Part shown: positions 1 to 11,373 of the stretch, piece by piece
Layout of the letters: each line of letters starts with the position of its first letter
How positions within the stretch are numbered: position 1 is the stretch's first letter
Source: Acanthaster planci
Lineage: Eukaryota
Reading direction: 5' to 3'
Assembly: GCF_001949145.1 (NCBI RefSeq)
Contig: NW_019091360.1
Coordinates: forward strand, 211,396-270,940
Length of the DNA stretch: 59,545 nt
Made by a program: the position numbers and the translations under genes
Notes under the pieces: generated by a model
The model's database searches: none
Told to the model about the DNA's origin: nothing
Seen by the model: the letters and a program-made list of their open reading frames with translations, nothing else

Positions 1-300
1 TTTCTTGAGATTGTATGTTTATTCCTTCACTCTTATCAGATTCTTCAGTTTCAGGTTCTTGAGATTGTACGTTTATTTCTTCACTCTCATCAGATTCTTC
101 AGTTTCAGGTTCATGAGATTGTACGTTTATTCCTTCACTCTAATCAGATTCTTCAGTTTCAGGTTCTTGAGGTTGTACGTTTATTTCTTCACTTTCATCA
201 TTCTTCAGTTTCACGTTCTTGAGATTGTACGTTTATTTCTTCACTTTCATCATTCTTCAGTTTCAGGTTCTTGAGATTGTATGTTTATTTCTTCACTTTC
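1..300 (-). repeat. Tandem repeat, 54-bp units (two 52-bp variants), encoding an acidic 18-aa unit EPETEESDESEEINVQSQ on the minus strand
   Basis: Unit starts at 3, 57, 111, 165, 217 and 269 (spacing 54,54,54,52,52). It continues the C-terminus of ORF 250..771 and runs off the window edge. Confidence 0.9.
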
Positions 301-771
301 ATCACTTTCATCAAATTCTTCCGTTTCAGGTTCAGATTCTTCGTTTTCAGGTTTATATTTGGCTCCAATTTCAGCTTCTTGAGATAAGCTTATGTATTGT
401 ACGGTTTTGTCAATCATTAATCCTAATTTTCTCAGTTCAATGTCCAATTCATTTTCTGCTTGGCGTATGGGGTCATTTGGTGTAATTAATTTCAGTTCTT
501 TGTAATGTCCATTTATACACATTAAAAACTCTTTATCACTCAGGTCCACACAATTGACACAATAAGTGCAATCAGAACAACTGATACACTCGATACAATT
601 GCCATAATCCACACAATCAAAACAGCTGAAGCATTCGACACATTTTTGGCAATCAAAGCATTTGGTACACCAGTTGCAAAGTGTACAATGTCTGCATTCT
701 TTACACAAACAGATATAGTCACAGTCTATGCAGTGATTAGAATCGCAGGCATTTATTATGTTGACAGACAT
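250..771 (-). pseudogene. CxxC-repeat cysteine-rich protein with acidic repeat tail, truncated by a 2-bp deletion in the repeat
   Basis: 173-aa intronless ORF with Cys about every third residue in the N-terminal ~80 aa, then an acidic region. The stop at 250-252 falls in a 52-bp repeat unit, whereas the 54-bp units read through. Confidence 0.6.
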
Positions 772-907
772 TTTTACGTTTTTGCAAAAGTGACAATTGA
801 CGTTGAAGTTTGATTTTTCTCGCTTGGTTTTTTATATTTCTATTTTCATATAGATCTCCAAAATAAATCTCATTTTTTCTCAAAGCTTCAAATTTTTGAT
901 TAGTCAT
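737..907 (-). CDS. Small basic ORF (56 aa, MTNQKFEALRKNEIYFGDLYENRNIKNQARKIKLQRQLSLLQKRKNVCQHNKCLRF); may be the frameshifted N-terminus of the Cys-rich gene
   Basis: Manual translation. ATG at 907 has an AAAAACC-ATG context like the gene at 1714, starts ~35 bp after the upstream stop, and overlaps the next ATG at an A-run. Confidence 0.35.
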   Translation of the reverse strand: MTNQKFEALRKNEIYFGDLYENRNIKNQARKIKLQRQLSLLQKRKNVCQHNKCLRF

Positions 908-941
908 GGTTTTTATTAATTGTCATTTACTTGGGATAATT

Positions 942-1714
942 TCAGATCTCAAATTCATCTTCAGAACCAAATCCGCTAAACACTTGTAATACTGATTTAT
1001 TTGAACTAAGGTCGTCATTTCTGATTTTCAACATAGCCACCGATACTTTATATCTAACACTGGCACTGCATGACACTGAATCGTGAGTACCGTAATACAC
1101 GTCTCTTGGACAAATAAAAGATTGCAAGTCACATCTCTTATTTATAAATTTCTCGGTATTTGACGAGTCAATGGGTCTTTTTCGATGATCAAATAGAGAG
1201 GCATAGGGGTCTATTTTAATGTACATTTGGTGCTTTGCCGTGTAAAGTGGTTTAACTACGTATTCAATCTTGTTCAAATCATCAATATCGTGACTGGCTT
1301 TGTAGGTGTTTATGGTATTAGACGGGATATTAGACTTAATGGTAGCTTGAGATTCGATGAACCTATAAACAGCTAAATTTATGTAATCGAGTATTTCCAC
1401 GGTAGGTTGCTGTATTTGGTAGCAGATTTGTCGGCCTGCTAAATTTTCCGGTGTTTTATCTCAAGTGCCGTATTTATACAGCAGGTAAATGCCGTGACAG
1501 GGTTCGATCGTCATCATCAACAGGCATTTATCTTGACTGTTGTGATGATGAAAATAGGCGAGCTGCATACAGTAGCGTGTTGACCTTCTTTAATCACGGG
1601 TTTTGAAATGATTAATTTACTCGGATCAAAAGGACCAAAGGCGACATTGGGATCACACTTGTAGGCATCGAGGTGCTTGTGGTCGTCGGTTATGATGTAG
1701 GTTTGGTTAGACAT
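942..1714 (-). pseudogene. DUF2738-like (iridovirus/NCLDV putative ssDNA-binding protein) pseudogene, ~257 codons
   Basis: ORFs 1517..1714 and 942..1400 join via one frameshift (~1550) and one in-frame TGA (1461-1463). Motifs FDPSKLIISKP, GIYLLYKYGT*DKTPENLAGRQICY, DVYYGTHDSVSCSASVRYKV and the acidic/aromatic tail SEDEFEI resemble DUF2738 as I recall it. Not HMM-verified. Confidence 0.55.
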
Positions 1715-1890
1715 GGTTTTTTATATATATATAGTCCATTTATTTAAGGTGGTTGTAAAGTCACGAGTTGGGCCGGGCAAGCCGAGACTTGTAGCGGTTG
1801 GGAAAGCGAGGGGAATTCCCAAGTAGAGCTTTGAGTTGTTTATGGAAAGCGCCGGGTCAAAGGTCAAGGTAAGTGAATGGGAAACCCCGG
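1715..1890 (-). promoter_or_regulatory. Putative promoter of the virus-like cassette: TATA run, two kappaB-type motifs, DR1 element
   Basis: TATATATATAAAAAACC directly precedes ATG 1714. GGGAATTCCC at 1811-1820, GGGAAACCCC at 1879-1888, GGGTCA-A-AGGTCA at 1854-1866. Confidence 0.45.
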
Positions 1891-1959
1891 CAAGGGTCTG
1901 TGTGTGTGTTGGAGCGTGGGAGCAGAGTGAAAAATGGGGGTTGGTCCCGAACTCTCTTA

Positions 1960-4900
1960 TCCGTACTACTAAAGTGATAGCCAACAATGACCCTGATACA
2001 AGAAGTATTGTAAATAAATGACGACATGATGATTCACTATGTGATTTAGTATTGATTTGTCAACATTTATTTAAGCCCATTGACTTTGTACACGTTTTCA
2101 AGCCACCATTTGGATAATTTTGAGATATTTGATTGTCATCAAAGTTAATGACAACAATGACCTTGATAAAAACTTGTAGGCTGAATTTATGACGTCATGA
2201 TGAAGTCATCAATTATTTTTGAATGCTTCACTTTCCACTATAGATTTTGCAGATGTTTTTCAAGAGCAGTGTTCGGTACTCTTGTCAGTCTGATTGACTG
2301 CCATCTGTTCTGATATTTTCATAGTTATATTTGTTGAAATGCTTTCTCAAAAATGCCCAAACAGCCTGTGGTTGTTTTAACAACCGTCAAACCTCTAGTT
2401 TCTTTTTCTTGTCCTTTTTCAGACTATTTTCTTCCAAGAGTCGACTTTGGTAGTTTTGTAGATATGATAAGCTTTAAACTTGGGAGACCTTCAGTCATTC
2501 AAGGATGGTCCTAGAAGAAATTCATCATCATGATGATGTCATCAGATGATTTATTATTAAATTCTTTATATTTTGTTTTTCTCCATAGGCTTTGTACATG
2601 TTTTTCCGGACTTCCAGCACTGTTCTTGACCTGATTAGACAGTTAGAGAGGGTTTAGGAAAATAATTGTCATGATGACATCATCACGTGATTTATTATTG
2701 AATTTTGAATATTCATTTTCTTTCCATAGATTTTGAACACGACTGGTGCACTCAAACATCTGAGTGACTTTGTATTGGGGGCATAGGTAGTCCAACAACC
2801 CCTTGGGCAGTAAAAATAAAATCGTTACGATGGTGTCATCAGGGGTCACATGATATGAGATTAAAGTTGTAGTTTTCCCTATAGGTTTTGAACACGTTTT
2901 TCAACTGGCAATATTATTGATCTTAATGAGAATAGTCCCGAACTTTGGCTAAGGATCACTATGAGAACAAAAGAAAAATCTTTTTTTTGTCTCCGTTCAA
3001 TTTCAAATATACCCAAGAGTCCGAATATCAAATAATATTTCAGAATTTTTTTCAATACAAAAACACATGTCACGTGACATGACTTCATAGCTGCAGTTTT
3101 TCTCCATAGGTTTTGTGCACGTTTTTCTAAAGTCAAAGACTGGTGCACTCATACATCTGAGTGACTTTGTATATGGAGCAGAGGTAGTCCAACCCTGACC
3201 CCGTAGGGCTGTTAAAAGAAAATTGTCAAGCTGAAGTCATCAGCAGTCACGTGACCTGAGATTAAAAACTGCAAATTTCTCCATAGGTTTTGTAAATCTT
3301 TTTCTACTTAACACTAATGACTGAGTAGTCAACTTTGGCTCAAGATTACTATGAGAAGGAAAGAGAAATCCGACTAAATTTTCCCTTTCCTTCGAATACA
3401 AATATACCCAGAGGTTAAAATATGAATACTTCATAATTTTTTTTTTCAGTGTGACCACAAATCATGTGACATGCACTTAAAGGATCATTTTTTTGTATGC
3501 GTTTTTCGCGCATTGACTTTGTACATATTTTCAAACCACCTTTACAGTAACTTTGACATCTGCTATCTTTTTAAGTTACAGCCAACAAAGACACTCATAC
3601 AAGAATTAGTTTAGATTTATGACATCATGATGACATCACCTTGTAATTTTTTAAACTTTTTTTTTAGCTTTTTCGGCTGTTTTAGCCTATTGACTTTGAA
3701 CATTTTAAAGCCACCAGTATGGTATTTTTGCAATGCTTAGTCATTGTCAAAGTTAAAGCCATCGAAGACCCTGATACAAAATTATTTTAATTGGATGATG
3801 CCATTGCGTGATTTCCTATCGATTTTTCAATAATTAATTCACCCCATTGACTTTATTGACATCATCTTCTAATTTCTTTCAATTAATTCTTTTATATTTT
3901 GTTTTCCCCATTAAACATCTTGAAATCCGAGACACCTCCATGGTTGTTGCTGTAACAACCACCACCTGTAGTTTCTTCTTCTGACCCAAATCCCCTTTGT
4001 TTTGTACGCATTTCTTCCACCACTCACTTTACTCCTTAAGCAACTTGGATCTTCATTAAACTTACATCAATCTTGAAGGAGCCTTATCCAAAGATGTGCA
4101 TAGAACAATGATGTCATGATGATGTCATCAAGTGATTTATTATTGATTTTTCTATATTTATTTCAGCCCATTGACTTTGTACATTTTTCATGACACTATT
4201 TTGGTGATTTTACAATCTTTAATTGTAACCAAAGTTACAGCCAACAAAAAACCTGATACAAAGATACGTCCAAATTTATGACGTCATGATGACGTCATAA
4301 AATGACTTATTGTCAATAGTTTCAATATTTATTTCAGCCCCCATTGACTTTGTACACATTTTCGAGGCACAATTTTGGGTACTTTGCGATATTAAATTGT
4401 CATCAAAGTTACAGCTGGCAAAGACCCTGATGCAAGATTTATATGAAATGGATATGTCATGATGATGTCATCACCTTATTTTGTATTGATTTTTTAATAT
4501 TTTATTTTGCCCTATATTTTGTACCCATTTTTCAACAGGCACACTTCGGGACGCTGGTCAATCTAACTGCACACTCCTACTCCACCATGTAAAGAGGGTC
4601 CCAGAACTTGTGCATCATCACGACATCATCAGTGGTCACATGAGATAAGATTAAAGGTGCAGTTTTTCTCCATAGAGATTGTAAACGTTTTTGCACTACA
4701 CACTATTATCGAGCATAATGAGTAAGTAATCCTCAACTTCGACTGAGAATTACTACCAGAACGAAAGAGAAATCAGACTAAATTTTCCCTTCCGTTTGAT
4801 TCCAAATATACCCAAGAGTAAGAATATCAAATATTTCATAATTTTCTTTCAGTTTAGACGCAAATCATGTGATGTGAACTTAAAGGAGCAGTTTTTTCTG

Positions 4901-5760
4901 CACACATGTTTACTGCCCTTTGACTTTATACGTTTTCAAGCCACCGTGTTCATAACTCAACAATCTTCAATAGTCATCAAAATAACAGCAAACAAAAACC
5001 GTTATATAATAATGATACTAAGATTATGAAGTCATGATGACTTCATCACCAAGTTTTTCAATTGATTTTTGAATGTTTAATTTTCCCCATAGGTTTTGTA
5101 CATGTTTTCTACTACATACTATTATCGAGCTTAATGAGTGAGTAGTCCTCAACTTTAACCAAAAATTACTACCAGGACGAAAAAGAAATCAGACTAAATT
5201 TTCCCTTTCTTTTGATTACAAATATACCCTAGAGTCATAATATCAAGTAATATTGCACAATTTTTTTTTTCAGTTTAAACGCAAATCACGTGACGTAGGT
5301 TTAAAGGAGCAGTTTTTCTGCATGTGTTTTTAGCCCATTGATTTTGTACATGTTTTCAGGGCATCATTTTGGTAATTTAGCTATCTTCAATTGTCATCAG
5401 AGTTACAGCAAACAAAATAAACTGATACAAAAGCATCATTTTTTTTACATCATGATGACGTCACCTTCTGATTTTTTTAAATAGATTTTTGAATATTTTA
5501 TATTCCCAATAGGTTGTAAGCATGTTTTTTGTTCCACAGCCAGTCTTTGGCAATTTTCTTGATCTGATTGACTGTGTATTAGGTGTGCAATCTTTAAGTC
5601 CCCCCCGCTAGAGAGGGTCCAAGAATAACATTGTCATAATGACTTCATACAGTGTCGGCTGACATAACATTAAAGGAGCAAACTTCACAGAATTATATCT
5701 CCTGAAGGACCTGTCCGATTTGGTTGAAACCTTGCAGGTATCTGGTAAGGCCCCAATTCA
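1960..5760 (+). mobile_element. Array of Helitron/Helentron-like non-autonomous composite repeats
   Basis: Recurrent ~150-170-bp subunits (GACGTCATGATGACGTC palindrome, CCCATTGACTTTGTACACGTTTT, CAAAGTTACAGC). Hairpin plus CTAG/GTAG followed by T(TC)-rich sequence at 2370-2398 and 3941-3971. Confidence 0.6.
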
Positions 5761-5796
5761 AAATAGAAACACTTCACCAAGCGGGAAATGTATACC

Positions 5797-5972
5797 CAGC
5801 AAGAAATGAGACCGAGGGGTACCCCCCAACATGTCCAATCACTATACACATTCCAAACTATTGTTACTTAACACATCCCCCCCAAGATTTCTGAAAGGAA
5901 TTCCCCAGATTCCTGCGAGACAATGACCAACACAAAGCACGGGGGGGGTTCTCTCCATCTCATACCTTGCTG
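5797..5972. mobile_element. Short MITE, copy 1
   Basis: Imperfect TIRs CAGCAAGAAATGAGA / TCTCATACCTTGCTG; the interior aligns with 6510-6640. Confidence 0.55.
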
Positions 5973-6509
5973 CAAATGGGGAAATGATTGCCCTTAATCT
6001 AACTGCATATGGGCAATGCTTGCAAGGGAGTTGGTTATGCAGCAATCTCTTTGACGCCTACCACCATTTCCCCCATCTTGGTACAAAAGCCTTGATTTCC
6101 AACTTACCATGGATGGTTATTGTGTATCGGCTTTGTTGTGTAAATTAGGCCAGTTAATCCACAGGCCTAGCACAACTTATTCAGAAAAGCGAAGCAATTA
6201 ATCTTTTACCAAAAGATTAAATCCATCAGAGTCAGCAGGCCTACATGATTCACTAAGTCTCATGTCACTGAATTAAAATCTGGAGTTTTCTTTCCCAAAA
6301 TTTAGCACTGTCAGGCAGTGATTTCCACAATATAGATTTGTCAAAAATTGGAATAGACAATAGAAAAAATGGAAAACATTATAGATGCAACAATCACGGG
6401 ACTTCTAAATCAATCTAAAAAAGTAAGATAAGAGAAGTCGACTAATCTTGGTATTTAAGGGCAGTGTGGCAAACTGAAGTCCATATCCATGTAAACAGTA
6501 GTATACCAG

Positions 6510-6640
6510 GCAAGATATGGGACGAAGGGGTACCCCCCTTAGCTGTCCAATCCCTATACACTCTAGACTATTGTTACCTAACACACGCCCCTAGAAGTCT
6601 CTAAAGAATTCCTGAAATTTCTCCCCGTCCCATATCTTGC
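6510..6640. mobile_element. Short MITE, copy 2
   Basis: Perfect 15-bp TIR GCAAGATATGGGACG (6510-6524) / CGTCCCATATCTTGC (6626-6640). Confidence 0.65.
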
Positions 6641-6852
6641 TTCAAATGTACGGTAGTACAAGCCCATCCCCAACCCCCCCCCCCAATTTTTGACATATCA
6701 ATGGGCTGGGGTCCCAGCTGTTGATGAACAGCTCTATGACTCAACCACAAGCAACAATGGAGTGTAATCCTTAAAGCTCTCTATTGTTACAAAACATCAC
6801 CCAGGAGTGGTGTTCATTGAACCACAAGCCATTTAAGATTTCAAAAATCAAG

Positions 6853-8450
6853 ATTTATTTATTTATATATTTATTCCATTTCTTTACCCAGGGTATGCCC
6901 AGTTTCAAACTGGTTTCCATTGGGGCCCTGTGAACATAAATGAATACAATAGTTAGAAACTCATGATGGAAAGTAAAATGGACAAATACGACAAACATTA
7001 ATATAAAAAAAAAACAGACCACTACAACATCGTACACATGTAAACATTTAAATAATCAAGGCATTAATTAAACACTGATCATTGGATGGGCGAAAATCCT
7101 GCACAAAAAAAAACTATAGAAAAAAAAGAACACAGGGAAATTTCCAATCTGGCTCCAATGAACTTTGGCAACCAAGTTAACAACTCCATGGACTAAACTT
7201 TTTGGACTAAACAGCACTGGTCATGGCCTTCCTTAGTTCTGATTTGAATGTCCCTAAAGAGTCTATACTTCTGAGTTGCTCTGGCAAATTGTTCCATATT
7301 TTTTACCTTTCACCGCAAAACTTTGAGCGTAGCATTCTTTTTCGACTAAAGGGACTTTAAGTGCCTTGTTAACTGAGTATCTTGTTTCGCGAATCTGTGT
7401 GAGTGGCATAAACAGATTTGTCATATATATAGGTGCTAATTTGTTTAGACATTTAAAAACAAAATCAGTTTTTTAGATCTAACTCTCTCGGAAAATGGTA
7501 CCCAGTTCAGTGTAGCAAACATATTTGCTGAGGGAGTGAGAGAGGTGCATTTGAGTGCAGCTCTTTTTAGACATTTGTTAAGAGTGGTATCGTGGGATAT
7601 GTATCTTCCTTCCCATACCGTGGAACCATATTCTAGAGTTGGCATAACTAAGCTATTAAATGAAAAGTGTGCGCAGGCTACTTTGTCCGACGTAGTTCCA
7701 GATTCTGTTTAACATACCTAATTTAGATGAGACTGTTTTTCTTACGTAATCAACATGTGGGCCCCAACTTAGTGTTTCCTCAATAATAACTCCCAAGCAT
7801 TTGCAAGATTTTTCTTTGACAATTGGGCTATCAGCAATGCAGAGGTTCAATTCTGTATTGGTGGTTTTCTGCCTTGAGCCAATAAGCATGCATTTGGTTT
7901 TGTTTGTATTTAGTTCAGGTTTGTTTCTTGAGCACCAATGTAGAATTCTGTCAAGAGCTACATTCAGATTCCTTCCTATTTCATTATTTCATTAATATTG
8001 GAAGAGCTGCACGTTAAAGTGGAGTCATCTACATGCATATTCAAGTTACAATTTGGTGGGATACAGGATGGCCGATAACTTGTGTAAATAATGAATAAAA
8101 GCGGTCCTAATATCAAACCCTGTGGGACACCAAAGGTTAGTGGCAGAACCTTTGATATCTTACCCTCAATATTTACCGACTGACTATACGGCCGCTTAGG
8201 TATGATTTAAACCAACCGATTAGTGAAGTAGACATGTTAAGCCTTTTCAATTTTTCCAGAAGAATTTCATGGTCAACACAATCAAATGCTTTACACTACC
8301 TGTAACTTCTCCATGCTCCATAGCCAGGAAACATCTATTTGTCAAATCGCGTAGGGTGGTTTTAGTTGAGTGCAAGGGTCTAAATCCTGACTGGCAACTA
8401 GGAATGAGGTTATTTTCTTCCAGGTAAGTGTATACTGACGAGTGCACCAA
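6853..8450 (-). mobile_element. 5'-truncated, decayed L2/CR1-clade LINE (RT C-terminal half and 3' UTR)
   Basis: Fragments QSGFRPLHST, KAFDCVDH-like, GVPQGLILGPLLFIIY, HVDDSTL, KCLGVIIEETLSW, PTLEYGSTVW. The 3' end has a stem-loop and a (TAAA)n tail at ~6853-6930. Confidence 0.85.
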
Positions 8451-8759
8451 TCATTTTCTACAACATTATAATCACACACGATAATAGAACTTTTAATAAA
8501 TATATAAATATGATAGAATGATACAATACACTTTAGAAAGGATACTGTAGGGGGGTACCCAGTGAAAGCAATGTTTGTAGATTTGGGCCCCGTTTGTAAC
8601 GTTACTTATTAAATTACAAACACACACAAAAAACACACAAAAGTGACTCCCTACTGTCGCCCGCTTTACTCTAAAGCAGGTAAGGAGCTTATCGTTTATC
8701 TATCATTTCCCACTTCATGAACCGTTTCTATTTTGACTTAGTGCCTCAAAGGGAAGTGC

Positions 8760-9460
8760 AATAGACAAAAATTAACCTCATGTCATAATGACGTCACCAT
8801 GTGACCAGTCACATGACATTAAAGGTGCACTGTTTCAAGCAATGTATCTTGTAAAGTACTTGTCCGATTGGGTTCAAACCGTGTGTTTATCTTGAAAGGG
8901 GAGGGCTTCAGACGAATAATGACATGATGTGATGTCGACGTCATCAGAAAACAAGTCAGGTGACATTAAAGGTGCACTCTTCAAAGCACTTTATCTTGTG
9001 AAGTACACATTCAATTGGGTTCAAAACTTGCAGATCTTTTGAAAAGGAAAAGTTTGAGACAAATATTGCCTCAGGTGTTTAGGACTTCATCGTGTGACTA
9101 GTCACATGACAGAGGCACATTCTTTACAGCCCTATATCTCATGAACTACATGTCTGATTGGGCTGTAATTTGGTAGATAGCTAGAGTGGGAAGTGTTATG
9201 GACAAGGTGACATGATGTAAAGGGTGCAATTTAAATTCATTGTATCTTCTAATTTCCGAAAGGGTTCTAATAGTTGTTAAAATGACGTCACCAAAAACAT
9301 TATTAGAGACTTTGGGAACTCTTGGATAGATGCTTGAGTAAGAAGTGAGAAATCCAAATGTGGGGATATCTCAAATTATGGAATGCCACTTTCTTTAGTA
9401 AAAAAAGAAAAGGCGGAAAAGCCCTTTGCTCTGTCCTTGAGACGGATAAAACCTCTCGTT
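8760..9460 (+). mobile_element. Helitron-like composite repeat copy (~147-bp subunits plus 3' hairpin)
   Basis: Units TTAAAGGTGCAC...CCGATTGGGTTCAAA. 9303-9460 aligns with 38448-38600, including the TCTGTC-CTTGA-GAC(A/G)GA hairpin and a degenerate CTAG. Confidence 0.6.
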
Positions 9461-10595
9461 CTTCTTGTTGTTTATTTGTATTTGTTACTGTACATTTGGA
9501 ATCAGAAATAAGTATCAATGATGATGATAATCTATGGTAAAAATTCATACAACTTTAGATGACATACGTACAGTATATGCTATTCTGTGAATGAATAGAT
9601 GTGAATAGCCTTATTTTTCAGAGTATGCTATAAAAGGTTAACAGAAATATAAAACATTTAGTTCACGTAAAGTGTTGCAAAATAACAATAAATATGTAAC
9701 CATTTCAAAAACACCATAAAAATAATTTTTGCCCCATTAATCATGACCCCAAAATGAGTAAAAAGATCATGAAAATCCCCTCTTGGCCATTTGAGCTCCC
9801 AGGCTGATTTGATGATATCATCGGCAGAACACCTACATGTACATGTGGCAGCGTAGCGAGCGGGGAGTGTGGGGGGGATGTTGAACCCCCCCCAATAATT
9901 CTTTTCAGTTGGCAAATAAAGGGTCAGTCGGCAAATGAAATTGAAATGGACGTCATGAATTATTGATGTACACCGACGAGTCGGCCACCAGTGTTTCCCT
10001 GAAGTTGCCTGAAGGTGTGTAATGCTTACAAAATAACTGCTAGCCTTCTCAGGATTAACATCAGTTTTTGTCTGAATCTGCCCGTCCTACGGTCCAAAGT
10101 CAGGTTGCGGAGTCCTGTGTGTATTTTATATGTGCCTGTCCGAGTCATGGCCAATCACGATTGCCGTGCATGGTCCCACTCAGTTTCCTTACATACACAA
10201 GGTTCATGGTTCAAGGTACCTGTGTGTACATGAACGCTGCGTTCGAGCAAGCTACTCGTGTTAACTTGAATAAATAGGGTTCAAATTTCTGTCGGAGAAC
10301 TGCGAATCCTGATCTCCACTGCCTTACAGGTGATTCTGTTACAACGTCCTGTGGTCCAATGGTCCATGGATTTTTGCTAGAAAATTTACAGGAGCAGCTC
10401 CTTGAACTCCAAAACCGATCATCATTTTTTTGATTTTTTTGCACAATTGCACTGGTTCCTGCCGTGTAAAGTTGATTGAGCACACCTGCTACCCTGCTGC
10501 AGTTGTAAAGTCTATGTGTAACCACTCCAAACGTCTGGCTTGAGAATCTACTGAAACACCACCTCCCCCTAATACCCACAGAGTTTCACACATAC

Positions 10596-10891
10596 TTACC
10601 TTACATACCTACTGTGGACATTCCTTTCTTTTCGTTTAGTTAAGAAAACTCAGTGAAAATATTTTTCTTGAACTAAGAACATGATTTTCAACTGTTTTTT
10701 TTGTACAAGGTCTCCTTGACTATTCCTCTTTCTTTCTAAGACAGATTACCCCCACCCCAAAATGCATCTAAACCTCTTTTCCAGAGCAGGGGAAACATTC
10801 TGTGGACGTGTGTAAGTCCACAGAATGTCTTCCTATCCTACATCGTGTGGACATCTTTTGTTCCGAAGTCCACACTGGGTATGTAAGGTTA
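10596..10891. mobile_element. MITE with ~21-24-bp TIRs
   Basis: CCTTACATACCTACTGTGGAC vs GTCCACACTGGGTATGTAAGG (2 mismatches), with internal GTGGAC/GTCCAC palindromes. Confidence 0.6.
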
Positions 10892-11373
10892 GCGCACAAG
10901 CACACACATTTTATTTCAGTGCTGCCATAGTTTATCAAGGGTGACACATAATGATACAGTCATTAACAATTCATATAAAATTGAATGTTAAACTTATAGC
11001 AACATCAAGGTCTGGAGTGAAGCAACAGCTTTTGTTCCCCAGCCTATGGGACAAACAGACAAGAGAGAGATACGTGAAGACAAACTATATAATACAGTTT
11101 TTTGGTGCTCGTCTCCGAAGAACATATTTTGGTCCAGGGGGAGTGAGAACGGGCATTCTAAGTATGGTCCACGGCAAGCTGAATCAGCTGGTATGCGGAT
11201 CAGACCAATAACAGGCTGGGCTTCCTCGCGCGCTTTCCCAGTTTGCGTGGGAAGGCCGTCACTTTCTTGATTTTCCCCACCATACATGTTTGCATCAAAA
11301 TTAATTTCATCTTGGTTCACATCATAATTTTTGTCAAAAATCCTGCCTATCAACATAACTTCTCGAATACTCG

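Noticed and set aside
5..485. Plus-strand hydrophobic repeat ORFs (5..274, 219..485)
   Set aside because: Antisense shadows of the acidic minus-strand tandem repeat.
1960..5760. Palindromic repeats as a CRISPR-like array
   Set aside because: The intervening sequences are themselves repeated rather than unique spacers; eukaryotic context and no cas genes.
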